From: Eledone cirrhosa
Lineage: Eukaryota
Assembly: GCA_964016885.1 (NCBI GenBank)
Contig: OZ024763.1
Span: forward strand, 10,230,001 to 10,294,000
Length of the DNA stretch: 64,000 nucleotides
Direction of reading: 5' to 3'
The notes under the pieces are model-generated. The model was not told the DNA's origin. It searched no databases and was given only the letters and a program-made list of their open reading frames with translations. Both the position numbers and the translations under genes were made by a program. Below, one piece after another: positions 11,862 to 23,822 of this stretch (its first letter is position 1; each line of letters starts with the position of its first letter).

Positions 11862-12935
11862 TCAATTACTGATCGACAAAATGATAAAAGGAGATTAACA
11901 TCATTGGGTGACATGGATAGATTATGGGAAGGCTTATGTTGCCTCACAGATGGATTGAAACATCAATGGAATCGTGTGGCGTGGCAATGTAATATATAAT
12001 AATTGGAGGAGTGGGGGACTGTGTTGGGGGTATTTTCTCTGAAGACGTTATTAAAATAATTTGGATTACTTTGAATAAATAATGAATGAATATTATGTAA
12101 TTTATCTACTAAATTTCGTAGCTGTTGATTAAACAAATATTCTTATATGTAATGATTGTTTATTTTAAGATTCACTTCAAAATTTTCAAATGTCAACACT
12201 TCCGGTTAGAGCCCATTATGTCTTAACACATAGCCGTACGCTATATCAGATTGCTTATATAAATGTTTATATACTTGCATTGTTATATAAGGTCTATATT
12301 TCCGTCGCTAATTTTCTCCTTTTTTGTTTTCATAACATTTTGCCGTAATGCAGTTTATATATAATACCGTCTTTTTTAAATATATCATGGATTACGTTAC
12401 TGATTACAGAAGACAGTGTAACACAGTCTCTCTTCAATTTTTGTGCATATTGTCAATTACGATTTTATTTGACGTATCATATCTACATGCATATATATTT
12501 GCATATGCACACTACACATGCTAGCAGGAAACCCACCCAAAGGGTGGGTTTCCTCACTTTTCATTAGGAAAAGTTAGGAAATGTGAAGATAAGACGTGGA
12601 GTATTCCAGAGAGACAGTTTAACACCATTGTTGTTTGTGGTAGCAGTGATTCTACTGACACTGATGTTGAGAAAGATGAAGATATTTTATGAACTAAAGA
12701 ATAGAGGAGAGAAGGTCAATCACCTTCTCTTGAATTATTTGTGAAAAGTGAAAATCAAATAGACAGCTTGGTAAATGGCATTAGGATATTTCAAGATGGA
12801 ATTTGGTTTGTTAAAATGTGGTATGCTGGTTATGAAGAGAGGAAAAGTGGTTCAGAGAGATGGAATTGTGATGTCAGATGGTAACATGATGAAATGCATA
12901 GAAGAAGGAAGAGAATATATCTTGGAATATTGAAA
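11862..12935 (+). mobile_element. Degenerate Dong/R4-clade LINE RT fragment, interrupted at ~12000-12560
   Basis: Translatable pieces QLLIDKMI, WIDYGKAY..PHRWI, VFQRDSLTPLLFVVA, KVNHLL, MEFGLLKCGMLVMKRGKVV, YLGIL; starts right after (TAA)n. Confidence 0.78.
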
Positions 12936-12939
12936 CTTC

Positions 12940-15500
12940 CTCTTGGCTCATTTCTAGGTGAAAGTGACCACCCTGCTTATCACCTCATCCCAGGTTTTGT
13001 CTGTCTGGAGCTCCGGACCAAACCCAAATCTGAGCAATTTAACTGATCCATCTGTCCAGTGCCCAACAATGCTATTAGATAGCATGGACTTGCCTCTCCA
13101 GGTGCCGAGCCGCAGGCCCACCGACTTTTCTCGGATAATTTTTGCTCCTGTCACCACCTCATATCTCCTCAGAACAGTGCTGATCACTTCGATGTGTTTG
13201 ACACTTGACACCACTACAGCATAAGCTGACGTGGTTTTCCCGCATCTTAGTTCAACGAGATACCTCTCAATGTCTCTAGTTTGTGCAATAATGGCTCTAG
13301 AGTCAATACATACAACATGGACGAGAGAGGACAACCTTGGCAAACTGAGTGCATGATGTTGATAGGTTCCAAAAAGTAAACGTTACTTTTCTCACTACAG
13401 AGCAGATGTTGCTGTGCATTGCAGTGATCCAATCTTTGAAAATAGGGCCAAACCGGCTGCCCTGAGGACCATCGCCATTGCAGTAGACATCTTCCAAGAT
13501 GTGAATGCAAAGCTTGTAGAGCAGACCATCCAAACCAGGCAATTTTACTTCTCGTACAGCCAATCATTGCCTCTCCTATTTCAGCGGCTGTGATTGGCTT
13601 TTCTCAACATTCTGCCTCCATCTAGCCGTGGCCGGCCGTCAAGGTAGGAAGTGAAGTCCGTTTCATGATTGGGACCACTGATGCTTCCAAACAGTTGGCC
13701 AAAATGCTGCTGAAAGGTTGCGCACATCTGCTTGTGATTGAGTAACATGCATCCATCGTGATGCCCCATAGATCAGATTGTAACTTTGTTGCCACGCTAT
13801 GTCTCTGCCACTCGGGTCCATTGAACAGCTTTTGTCCTCTTGTGTCTAAGAGCATGCGCCTTAGCTCTGACCATGCAGCCCTCGTACTTTGCATTGAAGA
13901 ATTGGTCCAGGGCCAGTATCACTGCAAGAACGTCAGTTGCGATGCCTTTGTTAATTGTCTCTTCTAGTTTTTTTCACTAGTTCCCTCTCTACTCTAGTTT
14001 ACTCTATTGTTACAGCTTTGCTAAACCTTATCGATTCTACTTTAATTGCTCTTTTCAGAGCATACCACCACTTTTTGACAATTGCCCCTGTCAAAGCCTG
14101 CTTAACTAATTCACTAATCTCGTCTCTGTAGGCTTTGGGAATGAGGCATTCCGCTTCCAGTAACCGGGTCCTTACCTATGGAGCTTATCTAGATATACTA
14201 CACATGTCATAAATTTGTGGTCTGTCTATTCAACTGTTTAATATGCCATCTAGATAGGATCTGGATGACCCAATGCGGTTTGTCCCTGTCCACATTGGCA
14301 CATTTTGAAAAATCCAGTCAGTACCTGTCAGACAGCTGGAAGTATCTGAGCAGATTTGCGAGACTTTTACATCTTCCTCCCCTATCTAGTCCCACACAAC
14401 CCCAGCGTGCACCCAAGATACCGTTCCAGTTGTCCACTAAGACTAAAGAACGAGACGTTCCCAGAAAGGTTTCAGACATCGAAAGAATCAGTTCATCCTG
14501 TCCCTGTTGGAGCATAGACAGCCACTAACTGGAATGCATACCTTTCTCTGCTGGTTACATCCAGCACCACCAATTTACCCTCCTGGGTCAGGAAGATTGT
14601 CCGTATTGTGAGATCCATGCCTTTCCGGAACAACATGGTAACTCTGCCTCCAGATCTGGACTGTTCAGAGATGTGTACACCTCGTAGCCACCATTAATGG
14701 GTCAAAAACTCTGGCCTCACTAATGGCCACCACATCTATGTCCAGTGACCTGAGGTCATTGAGCAGGTGCCCCTGTTTCCAGGACGACCCCAGGCCACGT
14801 GCATTCACACTGTCTATTTTGAGTGAGGCCATTATCGATTAAGAGGAGAAAGTGGGAAAGGCCACTTACCTTAGATTTTTTGGCAGAAGGAGAGTAGTTC
14901 CATCTTTCTGGTTGGTTGTGGGCTCCTCTATTGGAATGTCTGTCAGATTCTTTTGGAGAGAATCCCTCGGAAGTCTCCAATAGAATCGTGAAATTTTGTT
15001 TGTAGTTGTGTGAATGTGTTTTGTGTGTTTTGTATGTTTGCAGGTAGTGTGAATTTTTGGGGTGTAATAAAATCTTTTTAGCTAATTGTGATGTGCTGCA
15101 AGTAGTTCATTAGTTGTGTGTTTATTGCTGTGTAATGTTTGTATGTTGTTGTTGTTGTTGTTGGTGTGTGGTAGGTTTTGTTGGAGATGTTAGTGTGAGT
15201 GATGACTGTTGTGGTGTAGTAGTGGGGTTGTTGGTGTAGATAGTTGTGGTGGTGGTGGGGTTGTTGGTGTAGATAGTTGTGGTGGTGGTGGGGTTGTTGG
15301 TGTAGATAGTTGTGGTGGTGGTGGGGTTGTATGCTTTAATATTTTTTTGTCTGGAAAGGGGATTGAGGGGTTAACATTTTGTTCTCCTCTCCCCCTCACA
15401 ACCTTTGGATTGCTTCAAATTCTTTTGTTAAACATGAGTCTTCTTCGAGAGAAGGGGGAGGGGTGGCGGAGGTAGCCTCCATATTTGTTTTGTTGGTATT
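12940..15500 (-). mobile_element. Degenerate Tx1/L1-clade LINE (ORF1 remnant, APE endonuclease, RT)
   Basis: ORF2 start at ~14832 MASLKIDSVNARGLG..KQGHLLNDL..DIDVVAISE (APE); PGLDGL; SVCQGCPLSSMLYVLTLEPLL; decayed SAYA(DD); many stops and frameshifts. The upstream boundary is uncertain. Confidence 0.82.
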
Positions 15501-15869
15501 CCTGATCTAGGGAGAGAAGAGATGGGGAGAGAGAGGGAGAAGGTGAGAGAAGAGAAAGGGAGAAGGGGAGAGGGGGAGAGAGAAGAGAGGGAGAAGGTGA
15601 GAGGGGAGAGAAGAGATGGAGAGGGAAGAAGGTGAGAGGGGGAGAGAGAAGGAGGTGAGTAGATGAGAGGAGAGGAAAAAGAGGGGAGATAGGAAGGAGG
15701 GAGGTGAGTGTGATGCCATTGTTCCATATATGATGCTGTTCCAACACCTCAACATCCTCCTACTGAAAGGGAAACAACACAATAACTGATAAAACAACAA
15801 AAACAATGAGTGAAGGGGGGGGGGGGTGAAACACATTTTAATGAATATTCAATAGTCTTTTGTGGCCTC

Positions 15870-15875
15870 TGCTAT

Positions 15876-15910
<35 letters not shown>

Positions 15911-16280
15911 ATACTACTACTACTGCTACTACCACCACCACTACCACCACCACTACCACCACCACTACAACCACTAATGCCACCACCACTACTACAACCA
16001 CCACCACTATCACCACCACTACTACAACCACCACCACTATCACCACCATCACCACTATCACCACCATCACCACTACCACCACCTCTACTAGTACCACAAC
16101 TACCACCACCACTACAACCACTAATACCACCATCACTACTACAACCACCACAACTACCACCACCACCACTACTACCACCACCACCACCACTACTACAACC
16201 ACCACCACTAGCACCACCATCACCACCACCACCACCACCACCACAACTACCATCACCACTACCACCACCACTACTACCTA
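15870..16280. repeat. (CAC/TAC)n trinucleotide low-complexity tract
   Basis: Direct reading; gives poly-Thr/Pro/Val pseudo-ORFs. Confidence 0.9.
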
Positions 16281-16512
16281 AAAGTAGAAATGTAGTCTAT
16301 AGGATATGTAGAGAGACAAGACAACATAGGAGTGGCATTCTGTAGTAGAGGAGAGGGATTAATGAACCACTGGTGAGAACTTAAGGAGGAGAGGAGCTCA
16401 TCAGTACTATAGCAACATGCCAAACTAGGGCTCAATAGATAACATAGAAATAAGGATACTATCCACACATAGAACTGATGCACCACTGAGACAAATTACA
16501 GAGGCCTCTCAC

Positions 16513-16705
16513 ATAATTGTTTCTACTTTAGGCACAAGGCCAGCAATTACCCAGTGCATTACTGGTACTTTATTTTATCGACCCCGTAAGGATGAAAGGC
16601 AAAGTCAACCTCGGCGGGATTTGAACTCAGATCATAAAGGGATGTAACTATGCTAGAAAGCATGGCGTCCGACCCTCTACCGATACTGCCAATCCACCGC
16701 CCTAA
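16513..16705 (-). mobile_element. Family-1 SINE whose 5' head is tandemly amplified
   Basis: Complete SINE on the minus strand that continues into the 45-bp array. Confidence 0.88.
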
Positions 16706-17472
16706 CATGGCGTCCGACCCTCTACCGATACTGCCAATCCACCGCCCTAACATGGCGTCCGACCCTCTACCGATACTGCCAATCCACCGCCCTAACATGG
16801 CGTCCGACCCTCTACCGATACTGCCAATCCACCGCCCTAACATGGCGTCCGACCCTCTACCGATACTGCCAATCCACCGCCCTAACATGGCGTCCGACCC
16901 TCTACCGATACTGCCAATCCACCGCCCTAACATGGCGTCCGACCCTCTACCGATACTGCCAATCCACCGCCCTAACATGGCGTCCGACCCTCTACCGATA
17001 CTGCCAATCCACCGCCCTAAAATGGCATCTGACCCTCTACCGATACTGCCAGTCCACCACCCTAACATGGTGTCCGACCCTCTACCAATACTGCCAGTCC
17101 ACCACCCTAGCATGGCGTCCGACCCTCTAGCAATACTGCCAGTCCACCACCCTAACATGGTGTCCAACCCTCTACCGATACTGCCAGTCCACCATCCTAA
17201 CATGGTGTCCGACCCTCTACCGATACTGCCAGTCCACCACCCTAACATGGCGTCCGACCCTCTACCGATACTGCCAGTCCACCATCCTAACATGGTGTTC
17301 GACCCTCTACCAATACTGCCAGTCCACCACCCTAACATGGCGTCCGACCCTCTACCGATACTGCCAGTCCACCACCCTAACATGGTGTCTGACCCTCTAC
17401 CGATACTGCCAGTCCACCACCCTAACATGGTGTCCGACCCTCTACCGATACTGCCAATCTACCGCCCTAACA
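16661..17472. repeat. Minisatellite, 45-bp unit, ~18 copies, derived from the SINE 5' head
   Basis: catggcgtccgaccctctaccgatactgccaatccaccgccctaa repeated; it is the reverse complement of the SINE head. Confidence 0.95.
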
Positions 17473-17890
17473 TAATAGAAGATAAACATAGCCTGAACAG
17501 AAGACATGAGTGGAATAGTAAGAACCTGCAACTTAATGAATGAAGACAGAATAAAGATAGAAATAGCAAACGATACAGACCCCCACACACATAAAACGCA
17601 CATAGACATGATAATCATAAACACTCACACAGGTGCAGGTGTAAATGCATGCACAAACACGAAACACAAAAACTGCACCACGAAACAAAGACAAGATGGA
17701 ATAGAAGTTTAAAATCAGGAAAAAAAAGAGGCACAAAACAAATAATCATTGAGGAAGCCACAGAATGTGTGACAAAAGAAATTTGATAAACAAATGAGTA
17801 ACGAACAATAAAGATAAAGTAAAAATTATATGGTATGTGTGTTTCTTTCTATTGGCAATATTAGCAGCATGACCATCCCCAAATATAACA

Positions 17891-17948
<58 letters not shown>

Positions 17949-17954
17949 TCATTC

Positions 17955-18338
17955 ATTCATCACCATTTTATGTCAGCTTTTCCCTGCTTGCAAGGGTTGG
18001 ATTATTGTCCTGTTGTGGGCAGTGTCCAGTCGGCTGACCTTGTCTTGCTCATACGGGAACTGATTCTGGCTTGATTTTTACAGCTGGATGCCCTTCCTAA
18101 CACCAACCTCATTTACAGTGAGTGCTGGGAGCTTTTTTGCCGTGGCGCCTACATGACCTCTTTGCAGTGGAAGGATAGGGACCCCAGTCCTATCATCTCA
18201 TTTCTACAGCTGAGTAAACTGGAGCAATGTGAAATAAAGTGTCTTGCTCAAGGAAACAACACATCACCCGGTCCGAGAATTGAACTCACAACCTTTTGAT
18301 TGCAAGCCCAATGTTCTAACCACTAAGCCATGTGCCTT
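17955..18338 (-). mobile_element. tRNA-derived SINE, family 2 (CORE-like centre, RTE-like tail)
   Basis: A box tggcttagtgg, B box gagttcaattc, tccttgagcaagacactt, aggaagggcatccagc tail. Confidence 0.88.
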
Positions 18339-18446
18339 CACATATAGCATATATATATATATATATACACATATACATTTATATATATATATATACACAC
18401 ACACACGCACACATATATATATTCATAAATATACATATATATATAT

Positions 18447-18738
18447 ATCATCATCATCATCATTTTACGTCCGCTTTTCCTTTCTTGAAGGATGGGACAG
18501 ATCCTATTCAGTACAACATCTCTCCATTTGTCACGGTGCTTCAGCGATCTGAGGTCTGCTCTCACCACCTCTGCCCATGTTTTTCGTGGTCTTCCTCTAC
18601 TGCATCTTCCTTCTACTGACATTTCTTGGCACTTCTTTACCCAGTGGTCATCCTCTATGTGCATCACATGTCCATACCATCGCAGTCTTCTCTCCCACAC
18701 ACTACAACTTATCCCTCTTATACACAGTTTCTCTCTCA
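18447..18738 (-). mobile_element. RTE-clade LINE 3' fragment
   Basis: ERRLRWYGHVMH..DHWVKKC...GRPRKTW; (GAT)n tail. Confidence 0.88.
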
Positions 18739-18769
18739 TATATATATATAATCATAAATATATATTGTA

Positions 18770-19020
18770 TATCATCATCGTCGTTTAACGTCTATCTTCC
18801 ACGCTTGCATGGGTTTGGACGGTAATTTTCACACTTGAGGCAAGATTGGTTGTCTTGCTCGCATAGGACTGTCTGGCGGGTTTTCTACGGCTGGATGCCC
18901 TTCCTAACACCAACCACGTTTACAGTGTGGACTGGGAGGTTTTTACCGTGTTACCTACACGGCCACATTACAGCCTGGACTGTGTTTTTTTTTTGTTGTT
19001 GTGACACCTCCACGACCTCA
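18770..19020 (-). mobile_element. Family-2 SINE 3' fragment
   Basis: Reverse complement of ggtgttaggaagggcatccagccgtagaaa...ccatgcaagcgtggaagatagacg tail. Confidence 0.7.
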
Positions 19021-19024
19021 TTTA

Positions 19025-19891
19025 TTTAGGACTGGATGTTGTGGTACCAACATAACTTTACATCGAAAGGCGGTGGGGGTAGTGGGACGGGGTGTATTTT
19101 GGTAAGCGGTGCCTACTGTCTGTAGGTTTCGCTTTGTGGTTTTTGTCTCTTCATGCCTTGCTATTTGACTTAAGCTATCCGCTATCTCATGATTGCTCAC
19201 GATTGCTCACGATTTAGAGTAGCCTTTACTTGCATTCTTTTTACTCAATTCCAACCAGGATAAAAATTTCTCATCATTTAATAATTTTGATGAAACTTTT
19301 CTTTCATAGAAAGTAGATTTCAGAGGAGTGTCACTTTCGTCACTATCAGAATGATATTCTATATTTACTATTTTTCCACTCATGATGGGTTCAAAATGTT
19401 TCTCAAAAAGCAAAACAGTTCAGATATTGAAAGAAGACACCACAAAAGCACACACCGCTTTCCAACTGCTTAAACAGGACTGATCGGTTGTCTTCCAAGA
19501 ATTTAACCTTGCATATTGTCAGTGGAATCTATTCAAGTAAAACATCCACTGATCGTTTGTGAGGAAATAGTACGTTAATATTGGCTACCAAGATAATAGA
19601 GAAATGGTTGGCTACCTGTTTATAATAACACAGAAGAGTTATTGATGTCAAGTGAGATCTGCTGGGAAAATACATTTAATGGATAGCTTCTCAGTGTAAA
19701 AGTTGTTATAGTTGATAAATAGTAAATCATTAAATGGTGATTTTAGAATTTCAATTAAGCCAAATTCACAAAGCAAGTACAATCTCTAAAATGGACCAAA
19801 AAATCCAGACATGATACCAAATGTTCAGATAAGTCAAATTAAGGGTAAATAATACCAAATTTGTACGAACATACCAACTTCGGCAGCACTA
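19025..19891 (-). mobile_element. hAT-like DNA transposon 5' remnant
   Basis: Terminus agtgctgccgaag (similar to CAGTGTTGCC), subterminal ataccaa repeats, decayed zinc-finger-like EKFLSWL...KGY..S...LSQIARHEET. Confidence 0.5.
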
Positions 19892-20002
19892 CTCACCATT
19901 ACGACCACTACCATCATCATCATCATCATCATCATTAATATATATATATATATATTTCTATATATATATATAGTTATGTAATAAACAACATAAGGCAATT
20001 AT

Positions 20003-20060
20003 TCCATTTACCAGCGGTTTCTTAAAAGCAAAAGATTTTGCTTTCAATCCTCAGAATGAA
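20003..20060 (-). ncRNA. Type I hammerhead ribozyme motif (left arm)
   Basis: ttcatt-CTGAGGA-stem II-GAAAC-cgctg-GTA-aatgga on the minus strand. Confidence 0.73.
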
Positions 20061-20146
20061 AAAATCCTGATCTGTTTATTGAATTTGGATTTTAAAAAAC
20101 CTTGGTTTTTTTTAAAATCAAAATTCAATAAACAGACCAGGATTTT

Positions 20147-20204
20147 TTCATTCTGAGGATTGAAAGCAAAATCTTTTGCTTTTAAGAAACCGCTGGTAAA
20201 TGGA
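20147..20204 (+). ncRNA. Type I hammerhead ribozyme motif (right arm)
   Basis: ttcatt-CTGAGGA-ttgaaagcaaaa/ttttgcttttaa-GAAAC-cgctg-GTA-aatgga. Confidence 0.75.
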
Positions 20205-20297
20205 ATAATTGCCTTATGTTGTTTATTACATAACTATTAAGCTCTGTTACCTACATAGAGCACTCTTTTTTCCTGGACTTTTCCGACGGAATTACTT

Positions 20298-20343
<46 letters not shown>

Positions 20344-20391
20344 TAAAGTGGTCCTTCGTCAGTGATCTTCCAACCATCACAGGTATTTCTT

Positions 20392-20432
<41 letters not shown>

Positions 20433-20619
20433 GGCAGAAGTTCAGTTACCTCCCTTGACAAAGACTTTCCTGCTTCAGGAAATTGTCTTCTCTTTGTTGA
20501 GTCCTAATTAACTGTCGTTACATTTATTGATAACAAGGTGTCGCCCTCCCCAGGAAGCAGACAATTAGAAACTCTCCTTACCACCATTCCACCACCATCC
20601 TATTTATCCAGACTCCCCA

Positions 20620-21158
20620 ACACCACCACTATTACCACTAACACTACTACCACCACAACATCACCACTACCACCACAACACCACCACCACCACTATCACC
20701 ACTACCACCACTAACACCACCACCACCACAAACAGCATCGCCACCACTACCACCACCATCACCACCACCACTACCACCACCACCACTATCACCACTACCA
20801 CCCCCACTACCACCACCACCACCACCACCATCACCACCACCACTACCACTATCACCACACACACCAACACCACCACCACCACTACCACCACTAAGACCAC
20901 CACCACCACAAACAGCATCGCCACCACTACCACCACCATCACCACCACCACTACCACCACCACCACTATCACCACTACCACCACCATCACCACCACCACT
21001 ACCACTATCACCACACACACCAACACCACTACCACCACCACCACCACTACCATCACCACCACCACTACCACCACCACCACCACACACCACCAACACCACC
21101 ACCACAAACCACATCACCACCACCACCACCACCACTACCACACCACCACCACCACCAT
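20620..21158. repeat. (CAC)n-based low-complexity tract with an internal ~180-bp duplication
   Basis: Direct reading; aacagcatcgcc recurs at 20731 and 20911. Confidence 0.88.
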
Positions 21159-21479
21159 TGTTAAGTGCTTTGTTATTAATCCCAGTAAAATATTAACAAA
21201 AGACAGGAAAGTATTTAAGAAGTTTCAGAGATGAATTCTTGTAGAATTGCTGACCTCTCAGATGTTCCATTATGTTTTACTAGAATATTTCAAATGAAAG
21301 ACAGCAGGGCTAGGGGGAAAGATGGCCGCCAACTTGTGAGGAGAAGGAAGAACAGGTTGGAAATATGGGATCTGTTGAGATTGGATGGTAAATAGTAATT
21401 GGAGAACAATGGGAGAGAGAGAGGGGGAGGGGGAGACGTTCGTGGAATAGAGAGAAGTTATTGGAATGGGGGAGTGAGA

Positions 21480-21865
21480 GATAGGGGGAGTGAGAGAGAC
21501 GACCGTGTGAGAGAGAGAGACGACCGTGAGAGAGAGAGAGGTCCGTGAGAGAGAGACGACCGTGAGAGAGAGAGAGACGACCGAGAGAGAGAGAGAGACG
21601 ACCGTGAGAGAGAGAGAGGTCCGTGAGAGAGAGAGAGAGAGATAGAGGTCCGTTAGAGAGAGAGAGAGAGAGAGAGACTGTGTGAGAGAGAGATAGAGAG
21701 AGGTCCGTGAGAGAGAGAGAGATAGAGAGAGGTCCGTTAGAGAGAGACGACCGTGAGTGAGAGACGACCGTGAGAGAGAGAGAGAGAGAGCTCCGTGAGA
21801 GAGAGAGAGAGAGCTCCGTGAGAGAGAGAGAGGTCCGTGAGAGAGTGAGAGATAGAGAGAGGTCC
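21480..21865. repeat. (GA)n compound minisatellite with gaccgt/gtccgt spacers
   Basis: Direct reading. Confidence 0.88.
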
Positions 21866-22494
21866 AACAATTATTACAGGACTTCTGTCAAAACTGACAA
21901 CTTTCCAATAACTTCATTGTTAATCCCAGAGAAGAAACGATAACTAAATATATTGATACACACAAATCAATACGTTATTGATTTCTCTTTGTAATCAATA
22001 GAGAATGATAAATGATGAATGTAACAGTGTACTTAAATTATTGGATTGGGTCACACACGCATGTGGGCGGAGGGGGAATGGTGTGTAGGGTGGTGTGGGT
22101 GGGTGGGGATGTAGGGTGGTGTGGGGGAGGTGTAGTGTGCTGTTTTCTCCCCTGCTGCTGAGTGCTGTTGGTGTCACAGAGTACTGAGTACATCTGAAGG
22201 GGGGGGGGGAATCATGTGAGGTGAGTGTATATATGATGAAGTTATATATACACCTAGCTATTATATATTACAGCTATGATAGCTGGAATGGATTTTATAT
22301 GAGGATGATGATGAGACATAAATTATATATATGTATATATATATATATATATCTCTGTCTTGATTTTTTTTTAATTGAGTTTGAATTATTTTCCCATATC
22401 TTACGTTAATTATTTTCCATTTTGACGTTATAGTCACTTATATATTATGAAATACCGTTGGCTTCTTGCCCACATTAATTTCTCTATTTTCATT

Positions 22495-22574
22495 TATATA
22501 TGATATATATAATATATATATATATCATATATATATATATGATATATATATATATAATATATATATATACACAC

Positions 22575-22615
<41 letters not shown>

Positions 22616-22989
22616 TCATATATTATATATCATATATATATATCTATATATATCTATATATATATATCATATATACCTATATATATATATCATATATACA
22701 TATATATCTATATATATATATATATCATATATTATATATCATATATATATATATCACACACATATATATATATATGTGTGTGATATATATATATACATAT
22801 ATATCTATATATATATATATATCATATATTATATATCATATATATATATATCACACACATATATATATATATGTGTGTGATATATATATATACATATATA
22901 TCTATATATATATATTTCATATATTATATATCATATATATATATCACACACATATATATATATATATGTGTATATATATATATCATGTA

Positions 22990-23031
<42 letters not shown>
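22495..23031. repeat. (TA)n-rich compound microsatellite
   Basis: Direct reading. Confidence 0.9.
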
Positions 23032-23034
<3 letters not shown>

Positions 23035-23416
23035 AGGCTTAGTGGTTAGAGCATTGGGCTTGCAATTGAAAGGTTGTGAGTTCAATTTTCAGACCGGGTG
23101 ATGTGTTGTTTCCTTGAGCAAGACACTTTATTTCACATTGCTCCAGTTTACTCATCTGTAGAAATGAGATGATAGGACTGGGGTCCCTATCATTCCACTG
23201 CAAAGTGGTCGTCGAGGTGCCATGAAAAAAAAGCACCCAGCACTCACTGTAAATGAGGTTGGTGTTAGGAAGGGCATCCAGCTGTAGAAATCAAGCCAGA
23301 ATCAGTTCCCGTATGAGCAAGACAAGGTCAGCCAACCGGACACTGCCCACAACAGGACAACCCGTCTAACCGATGCTAGCCTGGAAGAATGGACGTAAAA
23401 CGGTGATGATGATGAT
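23032..23416 (+). mobile_element. Family-2 SINE
   Basis: ggcttagtgg A box, gagttcaattt B box, CORE-like centre, RTE-like tail ending gatgatgat. Confidence 0.88.
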
Positions 23417-23505
23417 ATGATATATATATATATATATATATATATGATATATATATATATATATATATATATGATATATATGATATATATATATATATAT
23501 ATATA

Positions 23506-23544
<39 letters not shown>

Positions 23545-23698
23545 ATATATATATATATATACATATATATGATATATATATGATATATATATATATATAT
23601 ATATGATATATATATGATATATATATATATATATATATATATGATATATATATATATATATGATATATATATATATATACATATATATGATATATATA

Positions 23699-23733
<35 letters not shown>

Positions 23734-23822
23734 ATATATATATACATATATATGATATATATATATATGATATATATATATACATATATATGATATATAT
23801 ATATACATATATGATATATATA
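23416..23822. repeat. [GA(TA)n] compound microsatellite
   Basis: Direct reading; grows out of the SINE (GAT)n tail. Confidence 0.9.

Larger units (their letters stand above)
19971..20300. mobile_element. Second fold-back hammerhead element (family A), ~130-bp arms, in (TA)n
   Basis: 19971-20100 is the reverse complement of ~20105-20236; same unique 3' tail as 5310-5370. Confidence 0.8.

Noticed and set aside
15403-15506. Possible minus-strand exon (MEATSATPPPSLEEDSCLTKEFEAIQ) after a long pyrimidine tract; nearby HHIWNNGIT resembles a TAF7-like motif
   Set aside because: Lies directly upstream of the Tx1/L1 ORF2 and is more simply an ORF1 remnant; weak donor, no convincing partner exons, and the motif similarity is too short
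16559-17543. Repeat-protein ORFs on both strands
   Set aside because: The unit is the SINE 5' head; non-coding origin
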